Shown piece by piece: positions 1 to 13,544 of a stretch of 64,000 bases of DNA. The DNA is taken from contig NC_047033.1 in assembly GCF_902652985.1 (NCBI RefSeq), positions 19,902,001 to 19,966,000 on the forward strand, written 5' to 3'. Source of the stretch: Pecten maximus. Lineage: Eukaryota. The notes under the pieces were generated by a model. It had not been told where the DNA came from. It saw only the letters and a program-made list of their open reading frames with translations, and did not search any database. How positions within the stretch are numbered: the stretch's first letter is position 1; each line of letters starts with the position of its first letter. Position numbers and translations under genes: made by a program.

Positions 1-1034
1 CGTCTACTGTCAACCTATGTCAACATGACTGATGTGGACAGGCTGGGGGTTAAACTATTTGCGACTTGTGAGGTTATACGTTTGGGAAAGGGGGTGATCA
101 ATGCCTTACCGAAAACCAGGTAATAATTTGTATCAGTTTAAGATTTCAAATTGAATCATGTAAAAACTGCCAAAAATGCCATACATCTTTTCGGCGTCAC
201 ACCGACGTTCCTGGGCGCGATTTGCATTGCTAGAATTTAGTACGGATACGTAATTGTCACCTTCTCCCTTCACACAGAATACATTTCGTCACTATTTATT
301 ATTTTTCAAGAAAAATTACAAACAGGCCAGTCTCTAAACGTCCTAGGGTGCTGTACCCCGAGACTGCCAGTAAATATACTGGAACCTTTGGCGAAATGGT
401 CCAAATGGTTTTGTAAGCGTATTGAGAAAAAGTAAAAAGACTTTCAAATATCATGTATTTGTCATAGATATTTGATATGATAGAATAAATATGAAGAATC
501 GAAAAACATTACTAAAATAGTACGTTTGAATTAGCTATCTTTATATGATATTACCATGCTTTATTTGCATATATGAGCAATCGACGTGTGGTACTCTCGC
601 CTCAAGTCAGTATTGTAGAAACAAGTCACACGACTCGCGGTTGTTGAATACTGTATTAATTAGGGTTTTTTTAGTTTCTGAGTCGAGTTTACTTTATCTC
701 GAGTGAAATGAATACCATCTCCAAAAACCACTCGCTGTGTCACGTTTAGTCATACATTATTGCATAAGACTACTCTTATCATTGCTTGAAGCTTTTATAA
801 ATATATTGTTGCGTAAAGAATTTTTTAATGAAATAGAAGTAAGCGTTCGTTTTCGACATAAAAAATGTAATGTCACGCTGGTAAGCATAGGTTTACGACC
901 ACAATGTTAACACATGCTAACACCTCTATACAATGTGTATTGCGTTTGGCCATGTTTACGTTATAATTATAGTTATATGTATTTAACGCTTCAATACAAA
1001 CAATTCTTTTTGTTTAAAAAGAAAAACAATTTAA

Positions 1035-1506
1035 AGAGGCTTACCCGCAGACGGACCGGTAAACGGCACATCTCCGATCACGAAATAAACTTCAGTACAC
1101 GTTTCTATGTGACAAAATTAGAGGCTTTCCGACTTTATTTCTTGGAAACAATTACAGAATATGTATTTAAAAGACGTTTTAAAACTCAACCTGAGATGGA
1201 AATGTATGGAATATAACGGCAAATCGCCTTTGTAAATCGCCGCTGCCTTTGAAGTTATCACTGTGCGGCACTGTGCACGTGCTTGTTTCTTTGATGTGTC
1301 AATCAAATTAGACTCCACTTTATAGCGGGGACTTATATGCGGGTTGCGATTAAATAAACAATATTTAAAAAATGAGGTTTAATATCACTTTTCAGCGTTT
1401 CATAAGGAAAATAAAATGAAAAACTCAACAATTCCAACAATCTGTCATGTGTAAAAAATCTTTTTCTATTAGCCAATTTTTCTGATCTCTCTGCGGGCAA
1501 GCCTCT
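1035..1506. mobile_element. Non-autonomous DNA transposon (MITE), Kolobok-like
   Basis: 17-bp TIRs AGAGGCTTACCCGCAGA / TCTGCGGGCAAGCCTCT (16/17 match), flanked by TTAA at 1031-1034 and 1507-1510. A TTAA target with purine-starting termini is the Kolobok pattern. Confidence 0.7.
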
Positions 1507-2756
1507 TTAACATTTAATTTGCCAATTGATAATATAAAGCCACGCACAATTTACGTGGAAAGAGTGATAACTCAAACCACAGCGGCAGATCTGTTTTACG
1601 GCAGACATTGATATTGAATATTCAGTAGATTTCATTTTAAATTGGTGTGACACATTCGTTAATGAGTACTTATGCATGTAAGACACCATGTTACCTGCCC
1701 AAACCCGACATAAGTAATAATATCAACATCAACCTTATCATATGTTTACGACAGGAAAGGTCAGTGAGGTTGACTTATGTTACCTTGATGTCATTAAGAA
1801 GAATAATGCAAATGCTTTGTTATAATAAAAACATTACATTCAGTGTTAAGTTAATGCCAACACGACATAATGGCCGATTTATAGTTGTTGACAAATCAGT
1901 CATGCATGTTGGCATTACCAACAGCAGCAAGGGTTATTTATATGGCTTTGTATTAAAGGTCCTCCAAGAACTTAATTATTTTATAGGTGTTAATTAGGCC
2001 TAAACAGTGGGGTATTGTTCCTATATGACCACGTGGTCGGGCAGGTGACCCCATATCTTGACATGGAAATGTTAAGAGAAATGCTACTATATGATTACTT
2101 TGTCCGTCAGTTCGGTACCAAGGATTCTCTCTATTCAAAACACAATATGACGTATCACCGACATGCATTAATTTGGGTATTGTTCTACCTTTTTGTCCAC
2201 GTGATACGTGATTAATTTTTGTCGGATTTTCACACTATCAATATATATAATTATGTATCTTTCCTCCAAAATAGTTTGATTATATCGTTCCTTGTTTCAG
2301 GGGGCTACGGCGGTCTTGAAAAAACATCTGCAGTCCCCCCTTTACAACACACGAAATCTTAAGGGCCATCCATATTGGCAAATAATGTTGAATTAAAAAA
2401 GGAAAAAATATCTACAAATTTTCACAAATCTAGTCACAAACATAATATAACAAAGTGTTTGTCAAAGCATAGTTTAAAAAACCCATCAAATAACGTGTCA
2501 ACAGCAAGGTCCACGGTTAGCAATGAGACAAACTAAAATTGATAAAATCATTGCCGTTATACAATATTACTGATACACATGTATATTGATATTTTGATGA
2601 CCCTTAACAGTTCTGTCTGTAATTTCGTTGATTTCTTCAGTTGCGTCGGTATTTCATAGACACTTGTCCTCATTTTAGCAAGTGAGGAATAAAAACAAAT
2701 CTACGTTTTACATTTGTTTTTTTATTTTCTGTTTTGTAGAAAAGACACCATATAGC

Positions 2757-4578
2757 ATGTCGTCACTCCTGTATTTGCGTTTGTGGATGCTCGGAAGCAT
2801 AGGAGTTGTTTGTAAGTTGATTGCAGTTAATCAATATGTCATTATCTGTATAAATGCATAGGTTTAACGAAATTGTGCAGGTATGTTAACTAAAGGTTAG
2901 TACGAAAGATAGTAAAATTTTACTCTATTGTAAATTCTTCAAATTAACAAGCAATGAATAATATCTCAATCAGAAGCCGTTTTCTGATCTCACCTTATTC
3001 CTTTTACATGTAGCAAGAAACATTTTGCATGGTTTACAATGTCTAATTGCATTTATTTCGATAAACTCCGATAAAACGATCCATTTTCACAGTATCACCC
3101 CATCAACAATAGTCAATAGAAAACTGTAACAAAATGAGGGTTGTGGTAAGACCATTCTTTATCATACCACGTGATATGTAAGCACTCTATGTACAGATAC
3201 GATAATTTGGACTGAACATTGTTTACAATCTTTGATGTTATTGAGGTCGAGACCACAGGTCAATCGGAGGTTATATAAATACTTTTCTATTTTCTAAACA
3301 ATGAAACTATAACAAATTACTTATGTAACAGTTGAACAGACCAAGCTACGATGTTAAATTATGTACAGTTCTGTATATTTTACTAAAATTGATACTCTAT
3401 TCGACAGGGAAGCATGATCCCATAAAACGAATTGAAATTGATGTTTTTGATTTACATTTTTTATTTAGAAATCGCATTATGATTTTTACTTGTTTTTTCC
3501 ACGTAATGTTTGTGATGCCTTTTATATACATCATTTGTATCATGTCAATGCACAGCGGCTGTTTATGGACGTATGCACGAGAAATGCGTGAGATACTGTC
3601 AAAATGAGCCACCTGAGATCAGCGGAGCTTTTAGTGTCTGTATCAAAGGATGGGACAACTGTACCTACTGTAAATTCTATAACAACAACTGCCCAGATAT
3701 CCAGGAATGTCCTAACAAGGTTGCGCCTATTCCATCGAGAGGAAATCGCTGCATGATTTGTCCAGGTATTTATAATCGGCCATGATATCGGATGTGGTAT
3801 TTATTAACGTCCCATCAACAGCTAAGGTAATTTAATTCCCCCTTTATGTGAGTTACATGCGTGTTGTGTATGCATGTGTATTTTGGTAGGCTTTGGTATG
3901 TTTGTGTTTGTCTCCTTGTGATAGCGTGAACCTGATGTCGACTTTATAGTGCTATCTCACTGAAGTGTACTGCCTAAGGCACCCAGAGAGACAACCCATC
4001 ATGTCAAATTATACTGACTCACACGGACGAACGCTAGGAAGAAGAAAGTTATTCAGAGAGAAAAGATAAGGTCGCCTCTTACAATCATGAAATAGGTGTA
4101 GTGGGTACAACAAAATAACAAATAAAATCAGATCAAAGCGCTAACTAATACCAGTAGTATTTATTATTCAGTCTATGTAGGCAATTTTGCTACTTCCTTA
4201 AGGCGAGTCGGTTTCATTTCATGTAATTGATTCCATAACCAATGTCCTCCACCTAAAAAAGGGACCATGACCCTACACAACAAATGTTTATCATTGCAAA
4301 TATATCTTCGTTCATTTGTGTCACATGAAAATTAAACAAAGGTTCAGATAGAATAGTTTTCAACAATTAAAAAAATCAAATCATAAAGTTGAAATTTTGT
4401 GTCTAATTGTATTTTTTATTGACGTACAGGTGAAGATTGTATCTACAACGGGCAAATTTACTATACAGACGAAACGTTCGACTCGGTGGATGGAATAAAC
4501 ACATGTATTTGTATGAGGAGCGGGGAGATAAAATGTGAGGAGCATTATCTTGGATCACCGATGACATTTTGTAACTGA
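2757..4578 (+). CDS. Small secreted cysteine-rich protein with a C-terminal VWC-like module (137 aa, 3 coding exons)
   Basis: Exons 2757-2811, 3556-3765, 4430-4578 have GT-AG boundaries, both introns are phase 1, and the total is 414 nt in frame. Translation: MSSLLYLRLWMLGSIGVVSAVYG (signal-peptide-like), RMHEKCVRYCQNEPPEISGAFSVCIKGWDNCTYCKFYNNNCPDIQECPNKVAPIPSRGNRCMICPG, EDCIYNGQIYYTDETFDSVDGINTCICMRSGEIKCEEHYLGSPMTFCN*. C-x-YNG..Y...E.F...DG.N.C.C...G.I.C matches the N-terminal half of a VWC domain. AATAAA at ~4648. Confidence 0.8.
3790..4125 (-). mobile_element. Degenerate SINE fragment, same family as 49445-49977
   Basis: Shares blocks ttaacgtcccatcaacagctaaggtaattt, tttatagtgctatctcactgaag and gaaaagataag..gtcgcctcttacaatcatg with the full-length copy. 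Confidence 0.7.
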
Positions 4579-5003
4579 TTTCCCTACGATTATCTATATC
4601 ATTATATACACTCACTCATATACATATATATATACATATATACTTGTAATAAAATAATTAAATAGACTGCTATATTGTGAGAGTAATTGATCAGTTATGA
4701 GCATTGAACTGCTCAGGAAATTGCATTTTGATATATAGAACATGTCAGTATTCACCATCCAGACTTTCACTATTACAACGGTCAGAAAAAGCAATGACTA
4801 TTTATTTGGTTTGGTTTAGTTTGTTTATTATAGTCCTTTACACGTGAAATTTGCTCCAAAACCCCCCAAGGAATGAAGCTCTAGGGCGTTGACAATGCGT
4901 TTTTTTTTGTTTTTGAAAAGTTGCGTTTAGTGCGTAAGGAAGCAGCGACGACTGGTTACAATCACAAAAATCACTTTAAAAGAAAATATCAAATCTGCAA
5001 TAC

Positions 5004-5945
5004 AATAAGAGGTCCAGGGGTCACCTGATATGTACGCTGATAGATGATGCTTTGCCTTTAAACCAACATTAAACTCATTTCAGTCCCGTGACAGTATCAT
5101 GACCAAGGGCTAATTGGTTAATGAGAAGAAGTCGTTAAAAGATTTTAGTATAAATGACCACGGAAATAGGTCAAGGTAATTGATTTGAACAACTTTGTTA
5201 TCCTTCATTTTGGCATGTTACTGGCCCAATATCATTGACCCGGGCCTCTTTGTAATTGAGAAGATGTCGTTTGAAAATTATTTAGTACATTTGACTCCTG
5301 TGAACTTGAAAGTAGGTTGGGGTCATTGATTTAAACAAACATTGAAGCCCTTTATAACAGCATGCTACTGGCCCAAAAAATCGTGACCCTAGGCCTCTTG
5401 GTTTTCGAGAATATAAATCGTTTACTATGCAGGTCGCACGACGGACGAAGAATGAGGGACAACGCACAACGCAGGACAAAAGAAGATCGCAAAAGGCCAC
5501 GACTTCGTCCCAGAGTGACCTATAAATGGTCGAAATATTTTTTGCATGATTTCCTACATTTTTCTGATGCATATGCGTATAAGAAAAATTGATTTTTTAA
5601 TTAGTTAATTAGCTTTTTACATTATTTCTAAAAATGCATATTCAAAATGGCCGTCTACGGCAAAATTATCAACGCGACTGACCTGATCGATAGCAACACT
5701 TTTATCCAGCACGTAACTGAACAGACCTACAAGACTTCATTGGAATGAAAATGAGTCTGATTTTGAAATGAACAACACTTGGTCAGGGCCAGGTTTTAAG
5801 CATTCCTGTTCCATTGAAATCCCTTCAGTAGTGTGTGTGTTAAAATTCGATTTGGAAAAATTGACGGACGACGGATTTTGGATGACAAATGACGAACGAA
5901 GACGGATAGAAATAGTAACAGTCTTCGTCTCAGGTGGCCTAAAAT
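5004..5945 (+). mobile_element. Helentron-associated (HINE/pearl-like) non-autonomous elements with internal ~155-bp tandem units
   Basis: Starts with AATAAGAGG. Degenerate repeats of tatcatgacc..ggcc...gagaagaagtcgtt occur at ~5096, 5232 and 5380. GACG/GACGGA microsatellite-like tracts are followed by hairpin-type ends (cttcgtcccagagtgacctataaa ~5503-5526; cttcgtctcaggtggcctaaaa ~5923-5944). Boundaries are approximate. Confidence 0.5.
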
Positions 5946-6015
5946 AAAAACTGGGACATTTTCCTTTAAAAATGTCATCTGTACAACTATAACGTCATGA
6001 CACTTATCGGGCATC

Positions 6016-6734
6016 TACCGAAGCCGAATAAGACCAATGAAAAAAATTAAACTTAGTTGGTATCATTAAACAATAAAAAAAAAAATATCGTATATACGAG
6101 TTTACTTCTCGTATATACGAGTTCATTTCTCGTATATACGGGATTCTTTCTCGTATATACGAGAAATAATCTCGTCCAGATATTTCAGGTTTTTGCGGAC
6201 CACTTTGATGCCTACGGAAGCCGAAAAGGACCAATGGAGAAATAATCTCGTATATACGAGAAATAATCTCGTATATACGAGAAAGAAACTCGTTATCTCG
6301 TATATACGAGATTTTTTATTTATTTTTTAATGATACCAACCAAGTTTATTATTTCCATTGATCCTTTTCGGAAAAAAATTAAACTTAGTTGGTATCATTA
6401 AACAATAAAAAAAAAAATATCGTATATACGAGTTTACTTCTCGTATATACGAGTTCATTTCTCGTATATACGGGATTCTTTCTCGTATATACGAGAAATA
6501 ATCTCGTCCAGATATTTCAGGTTTTTGCGGACCACTTTGATGCCTACGGAAGCCGAAAAGGACCAATGGAGAAATAATCTCGTATATACGAGAAATAATC
6601 TCGTATATACGAGAAAGAAACTCGTTATCTCGTATATACGAGATTTTTTATTTATTTTTTAATGATACCAACCAAGTTTATTATTTCCATTGATCCTTTT
6701 CGGATCGCAAAAACCTGAAATTTCTGGACGAGAC
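6016..6734. mobile_element. Rearranged palindrome-rich MITE (IS3EU-like TACGG terminus) with a 332-bp tandem duplication
   Basis: ~6039-6370 is repeated essentially exactly at ~6371-6702. Many copies of the palindrome CTCGTATATACGAG. The terminus TACGGAAGCCGAAAAGGACCAATGG has a truncated inverse, CCATTGATCCTTTTCGG. Confidence 0.6.
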
Positions 6735-6889
6735 ATAACACTGCAATGTTCAAAGGGAAGTAACTTGTTCAAAATCGAATAAAACTCATTCCTACTTACT
6801 ATTGCTCCAATTATTTTTGGATTTCTCTGTTATACTTATCTGACTCTAAGTCGTCAAGTTCTGCTTTCTCTTCTCAGATAGGTTTTATT

Positions 6890-8920
6890 ATTCATATTCG
6901 CGCAGCGTGACCAAACCCAGGAAGTAGCTTTTTACCTACAATCCATGGGACACCAGAAGCTAGGTTAGCCAGGGGGACGCAAAGTGATATCTCAAAGTTA
7001 TGTGTTCGTTAGGCTCAGTAAAAAATACAAGCATAAAACCTTATTTACATTCAACAGGACAGTTCTTGAAAATAATTTTTCCTTTTTGACATAATTTAAA
7101 AGATGAATACAGAAGAACCTAGCCAAGCAAAATGCTGAATCACGCCTAGCCACATACACATTTCGACACGAAATGAATTGTGCGGTTTGAGAAGGACACA
7201 CGCATGAGGTTTTTACTACCACCTGTGACTTTTCATGTACCATCAGCGGAATGACACAATAATAAATCAAACAACCGACCAGGCCTAAGATAGACACACA
7301 CGTACAGACAATATAAAAAATATCACTAATCTGACAAAGACAAGATAGACACACACGTACAGACAATATAAAAAAATCACTAATCTGACAAAGACAAGAT
7401 AGACACACACGTACAGACAATATAAAAACATCACTAATCTGACAAAGACAAGATAGACACACACGTACAGACAATATAAAAAATCACTAATCTGACAAAG
7501 ACAAGATAGACACACACGTACAGACAATATAAAAACATCACTAATCTGACAAAGACAAGATAGACACACACGTACAGACAATATAAAAACATCACTAATC
7601 TGACAAAGACAAGATAGACACACACGTACAGACAATATAAAAAAATCACTAATCTGACAAAGACAAGATAGACACACACGTACAGACAATATAAAAAATC
7701 ACTAATCTGACAAAGACAAGATAGACACACACGTACAGACAATATAAAAAAATCACTAATCTGACAAAGACAAGATAGACACACACGTACAGACAATATA
7801 AACAAATCACTAATCTGACAAAGACAAGATAGACACACACGTACAGACAATATAAAAAATCACTAATCTGACAAAGACAAGATAGACACACACGTACAGA
7901 CAATATAAAAACATCACTAATCTGACAAAGACAAGATAGACACACACGTACAGACAATATAAAAACATCACTAATCTGACAAAGACAAGATAGACACACA
8001 CGTACAGACAATATAAAAAATCACTAATCTGACAAAGACAAGATAGACACACACGTACAGACAATATAAAAAATCACTAATCTGACAAAGACAAGATAGA
8101 CACACACGTACAGACAATATAAACAAATCACTAATCTGACAAAGACAAGATAGACACACACGTACAGACAATATAAACAAATCACTAATCTGACAAAGAC
8201 AAGATAGACACACACGTACAGACAATATAAACAAATCACTAATCTGACAAAGACAAGATAGACACACACGTACAGACAATATAAAACAAATCACTAATCT
8301 GACAAAGACAAGATAGACACACACGTACAGACAATATAAAAAATCACTAATCTGACAAAGACAAGATAGACACACACGTACAGACAATATAAACAAATCA
8401 CTAATCTGACAAAGACAAGATAGACACACACGTACAGACAATATAAACAAATCACTAATCTGACAAAGACAAGATAGACACACACGTACAGACAATATAA
8501 AAAATCACTAATCTGACAAAGACAAGATAGACACACACGTACAGACAATATAAAAAATCACTAATCTGACAAAGACAAGATATTTTCTTAAAATTGCAAT
8601 ATGCCTGTAATGTTCTACGCAATGTCCGTGTAGATTGCGAACGTCTGTGGGTTAGAGGGTACTTTACTTACACGTCTACATTGATGTTTGTCTGTAACTT
8701 TGTCTACTCTGACCTCTGCACAAGTGAAAATTTGTCCAAGAAGGAAGCCTAGGACCAGGTATAGATTCATTCACCTAACCTAACTGTTCGACCTTACCAG
8801 CAAATTGAATCAAACCTAAGGATGACAATATTTTAGGATAATCATACCCCAACGGAACTGCCATTGGATTTTTTGTAAAGTCTTGTTGTAATCTGGTTTC
8901 AACTCCAATTGACTATAACT
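6890..8920 (-). pseudogene. Decayed 7TM receptor paralogue (family B/adhesion-type GPCR), interrupted by a minisatellite
   Basis: Collinear similarity to 17142-18545. Examples: ccacatacacatttcg..cgaaatgaa (7150 vs 17850), aatgtccgt..gattg..aac.tctgt (8621 vs 18275), tgtaaagtcttgttgtaat (8874 vs 18494). Several frameshifts. Confidence 0.6.
7287..8582. repeat. Minisatellite, 53-55-bp unit, ~24 copies
   Basis: Unit AAGATAGACACACACGTACAGACAATATAAAAAATCACTAATCTGACAAAGAC. Copies vary almost only in the A-run. Confidence 0.97.
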
Positions 8921-9441
8921 TCAAGGCTGTCGGGATATAGAACCCTCTCTGTTGATAAAGTCGGGCACAAAATAATCGATTTCGTTATACCAGAAGACAA
9001 AATCCAAATTCGATAGTGTATCATTTATTTACGTATATAAACAAAAACGATTCAGACAATTGTCTTCTATGGCGCCTGAAACAATGGCGCCTGAAACAAC
9101 AGTCATGGATGCCAAGTTGTTGAACAGAACTAAAATTGTTTGTATTTCGATATTTTCAAACAAAAAATAAGAGCAGTCATGCTTCCAAAGAATAGGTAAG
9201 TGTAGTAAATAATACGTTTCTCTTTGTTGAAACACTCGTTTGTTTGTGTATTCAGATAGGACAATATTTAGTTATGTCAGTTCTTTGTTGTCCAGAACAT
9301 CAGCTGACTATTAGACCCCTCCCTCGGCGTCATTATCACGAGTAATACGGACGAGTCTTTCATCGGTTAATGCGTCTGGTATATATTACCCAAAGGATAT
9401 ATTGTTTTTCCATTCAAGGTCTTCAATTCCACGTAAGCAAT

Positions 9442-9553
9442 TAAGGATTGTACCTCATTTTGACCGCGAATGCGTTAGCGCTAGATAGGATATGTTCGTT
9501 GCAAACTGCGGGAATACTACCTTATACACTGTCAAAATGAGGTACAATCCTTA
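9442..9553. repeat. Short inverted-repeat cassette (23-bp perfect arms)
   Basis: TAAGGATTGTACCTCATTTTGAC (9442-9464) and GTCAAAATGAGGTACAATCCTTA (9531-9553). Confidence 0.8.
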
Positions 9554-10776
9554 TATTTACATCAAACTAATCGTTAAGATAAAATGCGAAGAAAATAAAA
9601 TCCAGGGTCTGTTGCGACGTTTGTAAATACGGCAGCCGTGGTTGCTAAGATGATAAATTTCAAGTGAATCTACGAAAAACCATCAGTATTGTTAACAAAA
9701 TTAAAAGAAACAACTTAAAATTTTACTTTTTTGATTAATTGATACGCTAATTTATTCGCAATCAGAGTTTACTTAGAAGGAGGAGGGAAAGATAGCATAA
9801 CGTAACAAAATAGAGGTATTGATTCAACATAAGATATCGGTATTATCATCTGTAATGTTTTCGCCGACTGCTTAAATTAATTTATTCTTGATTGAATGAA
9901 ACTGTTTCAACTCTTAACATGTCCACGTAAGCAATGATATATAAAGTTGGGTCTTTTTAAAGAGACCAAAAGCAACAAAACGGATATATTGATGCATTGT
10001 AAAATATCAGTATCATCATTTTCAATGTTTTCGTTGATTACATAAATTAATTTGTTCGTGATTGATTGAGACTCTTTTCAGCTCTTGCCAAATACAAATG
10101 GAGAATTATTTTCATAGATGGTTAGCAATTGATTTTATGCGTCTTAGCTCTTGCATTTTGTACCCTTATATGATTTGTTGTGATTAGTCGTTGTGGTAGC
10201 CTAATTGACACACCAACTATATCGACACATGACAATGTTTTACAGTGAAATGCAATATTGAGACACGTTTGTATGTTATGTTAATGCTGAAGCTTCTTTG
10301 TGCTTCAATGTAATCCTAGGAAAGACACCGACGATAATATAACTATACATATCGAGTCTAGATTAGTATGATAAGGGTTGTCAAATAATCAGACACATCA
10401 TTAACCCACGGAGAGCCATTCCTTCTCAGAACACAGCCACAAGTAGAATCGCAAAGGTGTTTTTGAGGCGAAAGCGAAACTTTTACTGAATCCAATCGTT
10501 GGTGTCATCTCGGCGACAGATATGAACATACAAAACAAATCTATCGTCGCATATTGTTGACCAAATTGTGTTTTTGAGCAAAAACGAACTGCACGGTTGC
10601 ACTTAATACTTCCTTCCGCTTTGTATGTGTGTGATACGTCACAACATGTGGGTAAGCGCCATGCCTTGGGATGTGGTAAAGGAATCCCAACCCTCGGATA
10701 ATCCATGCATATCTCATCGGTAAGGTCTGTTTGTAAACAAATTGTCGACGCATGAACAAATCCTCATCTGAAGAAT

Positions 10777-10840
10777 CCCCCCCCCCCCCCCCCCCCCCCC
10801 CCCACCACCACCACCACCACCACCCCCACCCCACCACCCA
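10777..10840. repeat. Poly-C tract followed by (CAC)n microsatellite
   Basis: ~27 C followed by cac repeats; seen directly. Confidence 0.95.
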
Positions 10841-12137
10841 TTACATACGAATATCATTATACAAGAAAACAGGTCTAAAATTAATTATTTTAATCGGTCG
10901 TCTGCACAATGAATCAGTTGCGGCGGCGACGACTTAAAAGTCACATGATGATAGGATGATGAGGTCGACCGCGACATGCATGCAATATGGCGTGGAGTCA
11001 GAGAGAACAAAAAATCGATGTGGGACTAAATTATTGCTTTGGATAAATAAACATATCATTTCCGTGTAGGTAAGGTGGGTTAAATCTTAACGACGTCAAA
11101 CGGTTTTCGGACCTATCCAGACATTTTGCTATTTGAATGTCCAAGTCTGGTGTCATGGCCAGATGAAATTGGACTATAGTGATAGTCGATTCCCTAGCCT
11201 AGGCGGGACATCTAAGGAAAAATTCACTTTAATCTCGTGGTAAGATGTGAAGTAGAGGTCGCCGATTTAAACCATAGGACAGGTATCATATGTTTTTATC
11301 TGTTCCTTGAACAAACTGGATTTGGCTGAATCGATTGCCAGATAGCTGATGGTCAATTGTCCGAATTATTCTGAGATCTCATCAATGGTTTTACATTGTT
11401 CTGACGATGATCGGTTTATCGACACCAGATAAACATAAACAAGTTCACAAAATGACAGAATGGTTTGAGTCCCGGACCATTTTAAACTGCTGGATAATAT
11501 GAACTTGAATGGTCACACGACAGTAGAACTCTTAATAGAACTAAAAAAAAAGTAAGTCACTGTAATTATTTAATTATTAATTTATTTTTAATAATTACAG
11601 CTGTATTTTTATTACAACCCTATCCATACTACTATGAAAAACGATAATGATATGTATACAGATTATCTGTGAGAATGTATATCAACAGATATTCTATGCA
11701 ATGCGGCGTTCTACTTGCCTTTAATTTCTATTTAAGCATGGGCGTCTACTTCTGGTTAGTATGAATAGGAACAAATATGAGCTTTACTCCTACATTACGT
11801 ATTGTACTTTTAATTTGAATTCATTAATCCATTATAGACTTAATAGTAATAACGACACCAACCCTTTCAAAAACTTAATAAAACTATCAGTTCCTACCCA
11901 TGTATACAAAGCTAGTGTTTCCGTATTTATACATGTACTCTCAAATTTCGTATATAACTTTATGATGCTGTTAATATGTATATCTCCAACCTTTAGTTTA
12001 CCTATCTTGAAATCACATTACTGACGGTTTAATACATAATTCAAGCTCCAGATAGGCTATTTGGAGGTATTTGATTGTTGTAAAAATAGCATGAGACTAA
12101 CGAAACGATTGGTCTGTGAATTATCTCTAGTATATTC

Positions 12138-12213
12138 CAGTCTAGCCAACCACCTGAACGAACACTATTCAGTCTAGCCAACCACCTGAACGAACACTAT
12201 TCAGTCTAGCCAA
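12138..12213. repeat. 32-bp tandem duplication
   Basis: cagtctagccaaccacctgaacgaacactatt, ~2.4 copies. Confidence 0.9.
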
Positions 12214-12477
12214 CGTTTTAATTGATGAACATGTTTTTGCGCTCGCCTTAAGTATGAATACATTAACAGAACTTCTGTGTTTCTAGCCCTTATCTTGGTT
12301 ATCTAAATATCAAATTTAACCTGCGGTCGGGTCGAATGATTAGTAAACAATTCAAGCCCTAAATCGGCCCTAAGAACGATACATGAAATAGCTGAGGTTG
12401 TTTTGTGATTTATCTCCAGGGTATTCCCTTCTAGTCAACCGTCGGAATGATGCGGTTCGCATCCATTATATTCCCGA

Positions 12478-13011
12478 CGTATATGCATGTACCATCTATA
12501 GATTGTCATCCCCGGGGTCACTTCACATATCTACATGTACCATCTATAGATTGTCTTCCCGGGGGTCACTCCACGTATATACATGTACCACCTATAGATT
12601 GTCATCCCCGGGGGTCACTCCACGTATATACATGTACCATCTATAGATTGTCTTCCCGGGGGTCACTTCACGTATATACATGTACCATATATAGATTGTC
12701 ATCCCCGGGGGTCACTCCATGTATATACATGTACCATCTATAGATTGTTATCCCTGGGGGTCACTCCACGTATATACATGTACCATCTATAGATTGTCTT
12801 CCCGGGGGTCACTTCACGTATATACATGTACCATCTATAGATTGTCATCCCCGGGGGTCACTCCATGTATATACATGTACCATCTATAGATTGTCTTCCC
12901 GGGGGTCACTTCACGTATATACATGTACCATCTATAGATTGTCTTCCCGGGGGTCACTCCATGTATATACATGTACCATCTATAGATTGTCATCCCGGGG
13001 GTCACTCCATG
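12478..13011. repeat. Minisatellite, 50-52-bp unit, ~10 copies
   Basis: Unit GTATATACATGTACCATCTATAGATTGTC(A/T)TCCC(C)GGGGGTCACT(C/T)CA(C/T). Confidence 0.95.
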
Positions 13012-13544
13012 CTTATACGTGCAGTGATCATTATATTTATCATTATAAATTTTCTATACCAACTCAGACGGGGTTTTGTTCCTCGTAAGTGAAGAGACCA
13101 AAACACTAGGAGTTGCTAAAGGTGGGGTTTCAAAATGGCCTAAGAAACAAAAACGATAGCTTATATATGCTATTTATAGCCTCCGTACAAATAGGCATTT
13201 CACAACATGTGCATAGGCAAAATATAGTGCCCCTTTTTGGGCCAAAAAATGAAAAAAATGAATGTTTTTTGAAGAAAATGATACAATATTAATTCTTCAT
13301 TTTCTTGATGATAACATGTTAGATATCATATTTGCAAAGCAAGGAGTCAAAATTTTGAATATATTTGAAACAGGTAATAAAGATGTAATCGATGTTGAGT
13401 AATAACATGCTCGTTTTTTATTAAGCGAAATTTTCTGGAGGTCAAAAATATAACTTTCTTTTACAGTCAATTCGTAATTATGTGCGTAAAAACTTCTCCA
13501 AACAGTATAAAATAGATTGACCCGAACTAGTAATTATCAGTTTG

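Noticed and set aside
7287-8582. CRISPR-like array or repetitive membrane-protein ORFs
   Set aside because: The units are contiguous with no unique spacers and there are no cas genes in this eukaryotic context. The ORFs are by-products of the repeat and shift frame with A-run length.
10541-10937. Poly-Pro/His and poly-Gly/Trp ORFs
   Set aside because: They are translations of a poly-C/(CAC)n microsatellite, with no splice or homology support.
12398-13092. Repetitive ORFs (YTCTIYRLSS...)
   Set aside because: They are translations of a ~51-bp minisatellite.
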